From Myxococcota bacterium (GTDB lineage Bacteria; Myxococcota_A; UBA9160; JAFDDA01), in contig OZ245817.1 in the NCBI GenBank assembly GCA_965228475.1, positions 4,672,001 through 4,736,000 of the forward strand: a DNA stretch of 64,000 bases, given 5' to 3'. The notes beneath the pieces are model-generated. The model ran no database searches, was not told the DNA's origin, and saw nothing but the letters and a program-made list of their open reading frames with translations. Made by a program: the position numbers and the translations under genes. Below, piece by piece: positions 19,767 to 29,058 of this stretch. Every line of letters begins with the position of its first letter. Positions within the stretch are counted from its first letter, which is position 1.

Positions 19767-21419
19767 ATGGCAACGCGCAAAGCCCGCCCCCCCGCGAAGC
19801 GACGCAAGGCTGCGAAGGGTCCGGCCCGCAAGGCGTCGAAGCGGCCCGCCCGCCAGCCCGCCAAGCGCTCGGCCACGAAGGCGGCTCCCGGCAAGCCGCG
19901 CGTCGAGATCATGGACACGACCCTGCGCGACGGCGAGCAGACGCCGGACATCGCCTACTCCCCGGCCGAGAAGCTCCAGATCGCGCGCATGCTCCTGCAG
20001 GAGGTGAAGGTCGACCGCATCGAGGTGGCGGGCACGCGGGTTTCCGAGGGCGAGCGCCAGGCCACCCGCGAGATCACCGCCTGGGCCCGCAAGGCCCGCG
20101 CCCTGAAGCGCGTGGAAGTCCTCGGCTACTGCGACGGCAAGAAGAGCGTCGATTGGATCCTCGGCGCCGGCGGCCGGGTGATGAACCTGCTCACCAAGGG
20201 CTCCGAAGCCCACTGCCGTGGCCAGCTCGGAAAGACGCCGGAGCAGCACTGGCGCGACGTCGCCCAGACCCTCGAGTACGCCAAGCAGAAGCGGCTCACG
20301 GTGAACGTCTACCTCGAAGACTGGTCCCAGGGCATCCGTCACAGCCCCGACTACGTCTTCCGCATGATGGGCGCCCTGGCCCCGTTCGACGTGGAGCGGA
20401 TCTATCTGCCCGACACGCTCGGGGTGCTCGGGCCGGACGAGGTGCGCCACTTCGTCGGGCTCATGGCCGAGAGCTTCCCGGCCGTCCACTTCGAGTTCCA
20501 CTCCCACAACGATTACGGCCTCGCCACGGCCAACTGCCTGGCGGCGGTGAAGGCCGGCGCGCGCGGCGTCCACACCAGCGTGAACGGCATGGGCGAGCGC
20601 TCGGGGAACACGCGCCTGGCCGAGATGATCGCGGCGATCCACGACCGCAGCCCCTTCGAGACCCAGGTCGTCGAGTCCCGGCTACTCGCGGTCTCCCGGA
20701 TGGTCGAGACCTTCACGGGCAAGGAGGTCGCCGCCAACGCGCCGATCGTCGGGCGCGACGTCTTCACCCACACCGCCGGCATCCACAGCGACGGCGATGC
20801 CAAGGGCGACCTCTACACGACGACGCTCTCGCCCGCGCGCTTCGGCCGCAAGCGGCGCTACGCCCTCGGCAAGCTCGCGGGCAAGGCCTCGGTCGACCAC
20901 AACCTGAAGTCGCTCGGCATCGAGCTCTCGGCGAGCGAACGAGATCTCGTGCTGAAACGCGTCGTCGAACTCGGCGACAAGAAGCAGGTGATCAGCGCCG
21001 AGGACCTGCCCTACATCATCGCGGACGTGCTCGACGCCCCCGACGCCACGCGCGTGAAGATCGAGCGCTACGTCGTGAACGTCGACAGCGAGGACAAGCC
21101 GCAGGCGGAGGTGACCGTGCGGGTCGGGCGGCGCAAGGCCTCGGCCCGGGCCGCGGGCGCCGGCGGCTACGACGCGTTCATGAACGCCCTGAAGAAGGCG
21201 ATGCGGAAGTTCGAGGTGGCCGTGCCGCCGCTGGCCGACTTCCGCGTGCGCATCCCGCCCGGGGGACGCACCGGCGCGCTCGTGGAGACCATCATCGCCT
21301 GGCGTTCGCCCGACGACCCCGAGGCCTCCTTCACCACGATCGGCGTGGACTCGGACCAGATCGCCGCCGCCGTGATCGCGACGGAGAAGATGCTGAACGC
21401 GGTGGTGGGCAGCGCCTGA
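19767..21419 (+). CDS. cimA: (R)-citramalate synthase, Leptospira/Bacteroidetes type, with basic N-terminal extension
   Basis: DTTLRDGEQ, NLLTKGS, NVYLEDWS, LPDTLG, FEFHSHNDY, GMGERSGN, C-terminal regulatory domain; resembles Leptospira CimA as recalled; GAGGAGG RBS. Confidence 0.85.
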   Translation: MATRKARPPAKRRKAAKGPARKASKRPARQPAKRSATKAAPGKPRVEIMDTTLRDGEQTPDIAYSPAEKLQIARMLLQEVKVDRIEVAGTRVSEGERQATREITAWARKARALKRVEVLGYCDGKKSVDWILGAGGRVMNLLTKGSEAHCRGQLGKTPEQHWRDVAQTLEYAKQKRLTVNVYLEDWSQGIRHSPDYVFRMMGALAPFDVERIYLPDTLGVLGPDEVRHFVGLMAESFPAVHFEFHSHNDYGLATANCLAAVKAGARGVHTSVNGMGERSGNTRLAEMIAAIHDRSPFETQVVESRLLAVSRMVETFTGKEVAANAPIVGRDVFTHTAGIHSDGDAKGDLYTTTLSPARFGRKRRYALGKLAGKASVDHNLKSLGIELSASERDLVLKRVVELGDKKQVISAEDLPYIIADVLDAPDATRVKIERYVVNVDSEDKPQAEVTVRVGRRKASARAAGAGGYDAFMNALKKAMRKFEVAVPPLADFRVRIPPGGRTGALVETIIAWRSPDDPEASFTTIGVDSDQIAAAVIATEKMLNAVVGSA

Positions 21420-21483
21420 ACCCTTCGGCGCCGCCCCTGGCGAGCGATTGACCCGGGCCGGGGAGCCGCCGATATTCCCGCCG

Positions 21484-22467
21484 ATGCCGCCCTCCCGCGC
21501 CCGCACCCTCTCCCGCCGCGCCCTCGCGCTCGGCGTCCTGCCGCTCCTGTGGGCGGTCGGCTGCCGCAGCACGCCGGAGAGCGACCCGCGCTACCGGCCG
21601 AGCGAGAACGTGCTCGAGGTGGTGGCGGTGCTTCGCCGCCACGTTCCGGACGACACCTACCGCTTCGAGCCGGCCCGGGACTTCGCCGGGCGGAACGTCT
21701 ACCGGGCCTCCCTGATCCGCCTCGAGAACCTCGAACGCGTCCACGCGGACGCCCTGCGCGCCGGGCACATGGATGGCGTGGTCGCCTTCGCCAAGGCCCG
21801 CTCCCTCGAGCGGCTGCGCGCCTTCGCCCTGGCCGCGGAGCACTACCGGCGAGCGGCGGAGCTCGAAGAGCCCCTCGCCCTCGAAGCCCGGCGCGCCGCC
21901 GCCCTGTGCGATGCCCTCGGCGAGGCCGCCGAGCTCGGCTTCGACGCAAGCCGCCCGGCCCGGCCCGACGACCCGGAACCCCCGCGCGACGAAGCCGGCG
22001 TCGTCGCCGCCTACGAGGCCCGCATGGCCCTGCTCGAAGCCCTGGCCGCGGACCGGCCCGAAGGCCACTACGGCTTCCTGGTGCAGGAGGAGATGGAGCG
22101 GGCGGACATCGCCCGGGCGCGCTACTTCGTCGCTTCGCGGCGGATCCTCCCGGACGGGAACGTCCGGGCCCTCGGCGAACTCCAAAGAGTGATCGTGCGG
22201 CACCGCGACAGCAAGTCGGCCAACGCCCACCTGCTCGAGCTGGCCGACCTCTATGCGGACCTGGCGACCGAGTACGCGGAAGCCCACCCCCCGGAGAGCA
22301 TGTCCTTCGACCCGCCCGCCTTCCAGGACCTCGTCGACGCCGCCTCGCGGCTCTACGAAGCCGTCGCGAACCAGGACGGCACGCCCCAGAAGCTCGAAGC
22401 GGCGCGGCGTCTCGAGGCCTTCCTCGCCTTCACCCTGCGTGTCGACCGTGACCGCTTCAGCCGGTAG
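21484..22467 (+). CDS. Hypothetical helical (TPR-like) lipoprotein
   Basis: Lipobox AVGC after a hydrophobic stretch; all-helical pattern; high-GC3 codon usage. Confidence 0.7.
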   Translation: MPPSRARTLSRRALALGVLPLLWAVGCRSTPESDPRYRPSENVLEVVAVLRRHVPDDTYRFEPARDFAGRNVYRASLIRLENLERVHADALRAGHMDGVVAFAKARSLERLRAFALAAEHYRRAAELEEPLALEARRAAALCDALGEAAELGFDASRPARPDDPEPPRDEAGVVAAYEARMALLEALAADRPEGHYGFLVQEEMERADIARARYFVASRRILPDGNVRALGELQRVIVRHRDSKSANAHLLELADLYADLATEYAEAHPPESMSFDPPAFQDLVDAASRLYEAVANQDGTPQKLEAARRLEAFLAFTLRVDRDRFSR

Positions 22468-22473
22468 CCGAAG

Positions 22474-24759
22474 ATGAAGTGCTCCCTCGCATCGGCCACG
22501 GTTCGCGCGCTCGTCCTGCTGCCGCTCCTCGCGCTGCCCGGCTGCCGCACGCCGAGCGCCCCTCCGAGCTACGCGCCCATCGAACCCCTCGCCGCCCGCG
22601 CACCGATCATGCCGACCGACGGCGACCTCGCCGCCGCGGAGCTCGCCGCCGCGATCCTCGTCGACGACCGCGTCGAAGCGGTGAAGGCCCTCGGCCGCAT
22701 CCAGAAGTACGAGGAGGCCCTCGGCGAAGAAGCGCCGCCGACGGGCCTGCCGGGCTACGGCCAATACGCCCTGGCCGCCACCCTCGACGACCCGATCCGC
22801 TTCCGCGAGGCGATGGACCATCTGCTCGACACCGACGATCTCGACCCGGGTCTGCGCGAAGTCGTCGAGCAGTACCACGCCGACGACCCGCTGAAGCTCG
22901 CCGACGCGCGCGTGCGCGACGCCTGGGTCCGCCGCCTCGGCACCATCTTCAACTACTTCTCCGCGCCGATCGGGAAGTCCGCCGCGACGGGCGCCGTCGC
23001 CATCGCCGGGCTCGCGCGAGCCGCCATGCGCGTGATCCTCTTCGAGGTCGAACGGGAGGAGATGGACCTTCCGGAGCGCCAGGCGCTCCAGCACCGTCGC
23101 CGCTTCGTCGAGAGCCATCCGGAGGCCGAGGAAGCACCCGAGGTCGCCGCACGCATCGAAGAAGACCAGGCCCGCTGGAACCAGCTCCAGCGCGACCGCT
23201 CCGTGCGCGGAGCGCAGAAGGCCCTCGAGCGCGACCAGCCGCGCATCGCCTACGTCCTGGCCCGCCGCGCGCTCCAGTACCGCGAGGAAGACCCCGAGGC
23301 CCTCGGCCTCGCGCGCGAAGCCGAGGCGAGGGTCGCCCGCTGGCGGGAGGCCCGAGAGGCCACGGACGCCGCCATCGAGGAACCCCAGGCCGACGTCGCC
23401 GCCCGCAAGGCCCGCAAGCTCGCCGTCAGCCTGCTCACCGGCGACGACTTCATGCCCCACGCCGAGAAGCTCTTCGACCAGGACCCCGACGGCCCCCTCG
23501 CCGACGAAGCCTTCTTCATCATGGGCATGGGCATCGGCGAAGACGGCGACAACTGGCTCATGTGGCGCGTGTTCGAAGAGCTCGCCACGCTCGACTACAA
23601 GGACTCGAACATGTCGCGGCACGCCGAGGCCGCCGTGCTGAGCCCCTACCAGAATCCGCTGCGCGCTTTCGAGCGCTCGCAGTCGAAGGACATGCGCAAC
23701 CAGGCAGCGTGGATCCTGTTCGGTCCGCTCGCCAAGGGCCCGCGCGACCGCAACCTGCCGCGCCCGGTCGAATGGCTCGTCGACCTCCCGACCTACGTCG
23801 AGATCTTCACCTCGCTTCCGAACCGGCTCGTCTTCTTCCCGTGGATGAAGCCCTGGCCCTTCGGCAAGGCGCCCGCGAACTACGCCCGCCTCTACCTCGA
23901 ACGCGACCCGAACGGCCTGCACGTGGAGCAGGTCGCCTCGTGGCTCCAGGGCTGGGAAGAGCGGCGCGGCAACTACGTCGGCGCCCTCGAAGCGGCCCGG
24001 CTCCGGCCGGGCATCTCGGGCGACGATCTCGCCGAACTCGACGAGAAGGCCGCCAACCAGAAGCTCGAAGCGGCCGGGCGCGAGGGACGTTCCGATGCGC
24101 GCCTCGCCATCCTGAAGGCCGTCGCCCGCGACCACCCGGGGACCAAGGCCGGGCGCGAGGCCGGCGAGCAGGCGCGCGAGATCGCGGAGTTCGCGACGCC
24201 CCAGCGCGTGCAGCTCTCCCACGGCTTCCTGAGCGAGCATCCCCATCTGGCCGGGCCCGACGGCATCGGCCTCGATCCGATCTACCTCGACGGCGAAGCC
24301 GCCAACGGAGAGCTCCACCCGATGGGCGTGGCGCTCGTCGGCGGCCGCACGCTGGAACTCTCCTTCCTCGCCGAGAGCGGCAAGAAGTCCGACCCGCCCG
24401 AGCGCCGCTACCGGACGATCTCCGCCGAGAAGCTCTCGCGGCTGGTGGCGCTGCTCGACGAGACGTCGCTCCGGCTCGCCCAGCTCGACCGCGACTACGA
24501 TCACGGCGCGGACCCGGACCGCGACCTCTTCTTCGAGCGCGCGCGGCTGGGCGTCTCGGCCGCGCCGGACCTCCGCCCGATGGCCCGCTCGGACTACGCC
24601 TTCCGCGGCATGCGCGAGCGGTACGGCCTCGTACGCTCGCGCGAGTCGATCCTGCCCTTCGAGCTGGTCGTGCAGGGCTCGCTCTACGACTTCGGCTTCG
24701 GCGTCTTCCCGCGCATCCGCATGCCGAAGCCGACGCCGGACTTCTTCCTCTACAAGTAG
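22474..24759 (+). CDS. Large hypothetical lipoprotein (761 aa)
   Basis: Lipobox LPGC; helical body; aromatic C-terminus; 6 bp after the upstream gene. Confidence 0.75.
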   Translation: MKCSLASATVRALVLLPLLALPGCRTPSAPPSYAPIEPLAARAPIMPTDGDLAAAELAAAILVDDRVEAVKALGRIQKYEEALGEEAPPTGLPGYGQYALAATLDDPIRFREAMDHLLDTDDLDPGLREVVEQYHADDPLKLADARVRDAWVRRLGTIFNYFSAPIGKSAATGAVAIAGLARAAMRVILFEVEREEMDLPERQALQHRRRFVESHPEAEEAPEVAARIEEDQARWNQLQRDRSVRGAQKALERDQPRIAYVLARRALQYREEDPEALGLAREAEARVARWREAREATDAAIEEPQADVAARKARKLAVSLLTGDDFMPHAEKLFDQDPDGPLADEAFFIMGMGIGEDGDNWLMWRVFEELATLDYKDSNMSRHAEAAVLSPYQNPLRAFERSQSKDMRNQAAWILFGPLAKGPRDRNLPRPVEWLVDLPTYVEIFTSLPNRLVFFPWMKPWPFGKAPANYARLYLERDPNGLHVEQVASWLQGWEERRGNYVGALEAARLRPGISGDDLAELDEKAANQKLEAAGREGRSDARLAILKAVARDHPGTKAGREAGEQAREIAEFATPQRVQLSHGFLSEHPHLAGPDGIGLDPIYLDGEAANGELHPMGVALVGGRTLELSFLAESGKKSDPPERRYRTISAEKLSRLVALLDETSLRLAQLDRDYDHGADPDRDLFFERARLGVSAAPDLRPMARSDYAFRGMRERYGLVRSRESILPFELVVQGSLYDFGFGVFPRIRMPKPTPDFFLYK

Positions 24760-24767
24760 GCGGCGCG

Positions 24768-25376
24768 CTACGCCTCCCGGATCCGCATCCGGTGGATCGG
24801 AACGGGCTCCGAGAGGATCTCTCCCTCGAGTCTCGCCACCGGCGTCGGCCCTCCTGTGGGCCGGCTGGCGATCGCTTCGACGACTTCGAGGCCGGAGACG
24901 CCGCGACCGAGCGCCGGGAAGCCACGCGAGTCCGGCTCGCTTCGCCCTTCGAAGTCGAGCTGGGGAAAGCGGCCCAGACACAGGAAGAACTCCGGGAGCA
25001 CGTGTCCAGTGCCGAGGAGATCGCGGGCGAGGGACACGACGCCTTCCTCATGGAGAAGGCCGCTGTCCGCGGTCGTTTCGAAATCCTCGAGCAGGGGCGG
25101 CGTCGACGGCGGCCCGGAGCCGGATCCCGAACCCGGCGCCAGCACCCTTCCCAGCGGCCCGGCCTGGATGAGCCGCGGCCCTTCGGGAACGTCGAGCCGG
25201 GTCGAACGGTAGAAGGAGCTCCCGTCGTAGGCACCGGAGGCGACGCGTTCGAGAAAGTAGGAGGCGGCCCGGGGCGCCCGATGGGTGAGGACCTCGAGCG
25301 CGATCTCCCCGGTTCCCGAATCGATCACGACCCGGGTCGGAGGTTCCTCGTCGTGCCCGTCGCCGGGCCGGGTCAC
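24768..25376 (-). CDS. Cyclophilin-type peptidyl-prolyl isomerase (divergent)
   Basis: GEIALEV..APRAASYF..SGAYDGSSFYR, LIQAG, GVVSLAR, EFFLCLG, GLEVVEAI. Confidence 0.75.
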   Translation of the reverse strand: MTRPGDGHDEEPPTRVVIDSGTGEIALEVLTHRAPRAASYFLERVASGAYDGSSFYRSTRLDVPEGPRLIQAGPLGRVLAPGSGSGSGPPSTPPLLEDFETTADSGLLHEEGVVSLARDLLGTGHVLPEFFLCLGRFPQLDFEGRSEPDSRGFPALGRGVSGLEVVEAIASRPTGGPTPVARLEGEILSEPVPIHRMRIREA

Positions 25377-25382
25377 CCGCTC

Positions 25383-26558
25383 CTACCTCGCGAGCGTGAG
25401 CGCTTCGAGGGTCTCGGGCGCCTCCGTGAGGGACACGTTGCCCGACTCCGTCACCAGCACCGTATCCGAGAAGCGGAAGCCGCCGAGCCCCTCGAAGTAG
25501 ATGCCGGGCTCGATGCTGAAGAGCATCCCCTCCTCGACCACGCGGTCGTAGCCGATCGCCAGGAACGGGGCTTCGTGGCCGGTCACGCCGAAGCTGTGCC
25601 CGGTGCGGTGCAGGAGGTTTTCGAGGTAGCCCGACTTCTCGAAGTGATCGCGCACGGCCTGGTCGATGCTCGACATCACGGCGCCGGGGCGGAGCATCTC
25701 GAAGGCGATCCGCCGCGCTTCGAGCATGACGTCGAAGCGCTTGCGGGCCTCGTCCGGCACGGAGTTGATGAAGAAGGTCCGCTCGACCTCGGCCCCGTAG
25801 CCGTTCACCCGGCAGTTCACGACGGTCACGTGGGGGCCGCCCTCTTCGAGCTTCGCGAAGACGTCGGTGAAGTTGTGGGGGTCGTCGGAGATGCTCGGCG
25901 GCTGGACGACCGCCGCGAAGCTGCTCGCCAGCATGTTCGCGTTGGGCATGTCCCGCAGCATGCGCCCCGTCATCGAGCGGCTCACGGCGCCGAACAGGCC
26001 GATGATCATCTCGTCGGCCCGGGAGCCGGCCAGGAGCTCGGCGTGGCCGTCGCTGATGACGTCGGAGGCGTGGGCGATCCGGCCGATCTCGTAGGGCGTC
26101 TTCACGAAGCGCGCCTCGTCGATGACGTCCGTGCGGACCCGCTCGCCCCGGATCTCTTCGTGGACCTGGAGCGGGCAGGCCGACTCCACGCCCACGCGCG
26201 CGGCGCTCCCGAGCGCGTCGCGCAGCCGCACGCTCCACTCCTCCCCGGCCGGCGCCGGGAACTCGAAGTACGGGCGCAGCTCGATGTCTCCGACGGAGCG
26301 GATCCGGACGTGCTGCTCTTCCAGCTCGGGCACGACGAAGCGCAGCGGCCCGCCGGGCAGGACGACCAGCACGAACGGACGCTCGTGGACGTAGTTCGCG
26401 AAGTTCGTGAGGTAGAAGATGTTGTCGGGGCAGTGGGAGACGTAGGCGTCGAGATCCTCGGCCGCCATCCGCTCCCGGACGCGCTCGAGCCTGCGGGCCA
26501 TCTCCTCGCGGTCCGGCGGCGTGACGATCGATTCGGGGCGTGCAGGTCCTCGGGTCAT
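25383..26558 (-). CDS. Xaa-Pro peptidase family (M24)
   Basis: Creatinase-like N-domain, RFVKTPYEI, HRTGHSFG..GHEAP, FSIEPGIY, GGFRFSDTV. Confidence 0.88.
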   Translation of the reverse strand: MTRGPARPESIVTPPDREEMARRLERVRERMAAEDLDAYVSHCPDNIFYLTNFANYVHERPFVLVVLPGGPLRFVVPELEEQHVRIRSVGDIELRPYFEFPAPAGEEWSVRLRDALGSAARVGVESACPLQVHEEIRGERVRTDVIDEARFVKTPYEIGRIAHASDVISDGHAELLAGSRADEMIIGLFGAVSRSMTGRMLRDMPNANMLASSFAAVVQPPSISDDPHNFTDVFAKLEEGGPHVTVVNCRVNGYGAEVERTFFINSVPDEARKRFDVMLEARRIAFEMLRPGAVMSSIDQAVRDHFEKSGYLENLLHRTGHSFGVTGHEAPFLAIGYDRVVEEGMLFSIEPGIYFEGLGGFRFSDTVLVTESGNVSLTEAPETLEALTLAR

Positions 26559-27799
26559 CGGGTGTCTCCTCGAGCGCGCTCGTACGCCTCGTCGAGCAGG
26601 TCGATCGGGTGGGCGACGCGGAACGCCAGGCCGCGCTCGCGGGCGCCGCGCAGGATCTGCATCAAGCAGCCGGGATTTCCGGTCGCGACCACGTCCGGGG
26701 CGGCCTCGGCCAGGGCGTCGAGCTTCCGCTCGAGCACGGCGTCGGACATCTCCGGATGGGTGAGATTGTAGATCCCGGCGGCGCCGCAGCAGCTCGCCGC
26801 GTCCTCGTGGGAGACGAGCTCGACGCCCGGGATCGCGGCCAGCAGCTCGCGCGGCGGGTCGGACACGCCCTGGCCGTGCACGAGGTGACAGGGATCGTCG
26901 TAGCAGACCCGCGCTTCGACCCGCCCCTCCGGCGGCCGCAGCCCGGCGGCGGCGAGGAACTCGGAGACGTCGCGCACGCGCGCCGGATCGCTCGCCCGGA
27001 GGTGCGCACCGCAGCCCGCCGAGTTCACGACCAGCGCATCGATCTCCTCGGCCTCGAAGACGGCGCGATTCTTCTCGAGAAGCGCGTGGGCGGTCTCCTC
27101 GTCGCCGGCGTGAGCGTGCAGTGCACCGCAGCAGCCCTGCTCCGGCGGGACGACGACGTCGAAGCCGTTCTTCACGAGCACGCGCAGCGTCGCGTGGTTC
27201 GTCGCGCCGAAGAGCTCCGGCATCACGCACCCTTCGAGCAGGGCCACCCGGCCGCGGCGTTCTGCCTCCGCCGGCGTGAAGGCGGGTAGCCGGCGCCGCT
27301 CCGTGCGGGGCGGCACCTCGGGCATCAGGCGGTGCCGGTCGCGGACCGCCTTCGGGAGGAACGGAAGCGCCAGCCGATCGAGACCGAGCCAGGTCACCAC
27401 ACCGAGCACGCTGATCAATCCGGAGAGCCGCCCGCGATGGGGCACGACCTGCCGGAGCAGGGCCCACTCGACGAAACGTGCGATGCCCTTCCGCGCGCCG
27501 CGCCGCTCGATCTCGGCCCGGGCGTCCTCGAGCAGCGCGCCGTACTCCACGCCCGAAGGGCAGGCCGTCTCGCAGGCGCGGCAGCCGAGGCACGCGTACA
27601 TCTCCTCGACGACGGTCTCGTCGAACCCGATGCGCCCCTCGGCGGCGCCGCGCAGGAGGTAGATCCGCCCGCGCGGCGAGGACGTCTCACGCCCGGTCTC
27701 GCGGTAGGTCGGGCAGGATTGGAGGCACAGCCCGCAGTGCACGCAATCGAGCGTGCGCTCGTAGAGCACGCCCAGCTCGGCCGACGGCTCGCTCGCCAC
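26555..27799 (-). CDS. glcF: Glycolate oxidase iron-sulfur subunit
   Basis: CVHCGLCLQSCP, SSPRGRI, CLGCRACETACP, two CCG motifs, GNPGC. Confidence 0.88.
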   Translation of the reverse strand: MASEPSAELGVLYERTLDCVHCGLCLQSCPTYRETGRETSSPRGRIYLLRGAAEGRIGFDETVVEEMYACLGCRACETACPSGVEYGALLEDARAEIERRGARKGIARFVEWALLRQVVPHRGRLSGLISVLGVVTWLGLDRLALPFLPKAVRDRHRLMPEVPPRTERRRLPAFTPAEAERRGRVALLEGCVMPELFGATNHATLRVLVKNGFDVVVPPEQGCCGALHAHAGDEETAHALLEKNRAVFEAEEIDALVVNSAGCGAHLRASDPARVRDVSEFLAAAGLRPPEGRVEARVCYDDPCHLVHGQGVSDPPRELLAAIPGVELVSHEDAASCCGAAGIYNLTHPEMSDAVLERKLDALAEAAPDVVATGNPGCLMQILRGARERGLAFRVAHPIDLLDEAYERARGDTR

Positions 27800-29058
27800 T
27801 AGAGCCCTCCGACGAAGCGGCCGGGGTTGAGCACGCGGGCCGGGTCGAACTCGCGCTTCAGGGCGCGTTGAAGCGGGAGCGTCTCGCGCGGCGCGCCGAA
27901 CACGTCCCGGCCGAGCTTCGCCCAGGTCGGTGCGCGTTCGAGGACCGCGTGCCCGTTGCCGGCGACGCAGGCATGGACGGCGCGGCATGCCGCGTCGGCG
28001 GCGGCTTCGTCGTCGCGCCCGAGCGGAATCTCCGCCGTCACCTGGGCGAGGCCGGGCTGGGCGACGGTGCGTGCGCCGGCGTCGCGCAGGCCCGAGCGCA
28101 GCGCGGCCATGCGCGAAGCCACCACGCGGATGCGGAAGAAGAGCGCGCCCTCGGCCGGCGACTGTTCGCAGGCGAGCAGCCGGGAGACGGCTTCCGGCGG
28201 ACCCTCGCTCACGTCGGCGCGATCGCGAAGGACGACTTCGCTGGCGTCGAGGACCGCCTCGTCCCCGGCCAGCTCGACCAGCACGCCCCGCCAGCCGGCG
28301 CGGGCGACGACCCGCTCCGCGGGGACGGCGTCGAGGCACGCGACGGCGCGGGCCCCCGGAAGCCTCGCCGCGGCACGCGCCAGGCCATCCGCATCGGCGT
28401 CGTGGCCCCGGGCGAGCAGGGTCCGGGTGGCTTCGGGCGTCGGGCGGAGCCGCAGCCAGGCCCCGGCGAGCACGCCGAGGGTTCCGAAGGCACCGAGCTG
28501 GAGCTTCACGAGGTCGTAGCCGCTGACGTTCTTCACGACCCGGGCCCCGCAGCGCGTGAGACCGCCGTCGGGCAGCACCACGTCGAGCCCGAGCACGACG
28601 TCGCGCACGGTGCCGAGGCCGAGGCTGCGCGGCGTGGGAAGCGCCGTCGCCAGCGCGCCGCCGACCGTCGCCGTCGGTCCCGCCGGTTCGAGCGGCGAGA
28701 GCCAGCCGGCGCCGCGCGCGAGCTGTTCGAGCTCACCGACGGGCGTGGCCGCGCTGGCCCAGGCGACGCCCTCGTCCACGTCGACGTGCACGTCGCCCGC
28801 GACCGCCGCGGTGGAGAGCCAGGCCGCGACGGTCGGCTCCGGCGCATTGCCGATTGCGATGCGCGTGCCGCCGCCGCGGACGACCACCCCGACGCCGTGC
28901 TCGTGACACGCCGAGAGCGTCGCGACGAGCGAGGGGACGTCCTCGGGCGCGAGGGTCACGCCGATCTTCGCGCCCTCGAGCGCGATGGCATCGTGCTCGA
29001 GCACCGCGGCCTCGCCGGCCGCCGAGCGGAGCGCCTGGAGCGCGCCGGAGGCGATCAC
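27799..29058 (-). CDS. glcE: Glycolate oxidase FAD-binding subunit
   Basis: VRGGGT, ATVGGA, VVKNVSGYDLVKL..GAFGTLG, LKREFDPARVLNPG. Confidence 0.85.
   Translation of the reverse strand: MIASGALQALRSAAGEAAVLEHDAIALEGAKIGVTLAPEDVPSLVATLSACHEHGVGVVVRGGGTRIAIGNAPEPTVAAWLSTAAVAGDVHVDVDEGVAWASAATPVGELEQLARGAGWLSPLEPAGPTATVGGALATALPTPRSLGLGTVRDVVLGLDVVLPDGGLTRCGARVVKNVSGYDLVKLQLGAFGTLGVLAGAWLRLRPTPEATRTLLARGHDADADGLARAAARLPGARAVACLDAVPAERVVARAGWRGVLVELAGDEAVLDASEVVLRDRADVSEGPPEAVSRLLACEQSPAEGALFFRIRVVASRMAALRSGLRDAGARTVAQPGLAQVTAEIPLGRDDEAAADAACRAVHACVAGNGHAVLERAPTWAKLGRDVFGAPRETLPLQRALKREFDPARVLNPGRFVGGL

Noticed and set aside
19767..21419. Calling this gene leuA
   Set aside because: Leptospira-CimA-like motifs and an Ile-rich rather than Leu-rich leader favour citramalate synthase.
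22479..26771. 1430-aa ORF and other very long ORFs (21331-24981, 52099-55215, 59323-62784, 7286-10240)
   Set aside because: Arg/Pro/Gly-rich off-frame or antisense shadows of real genes, expected at this GC content; no motifs.
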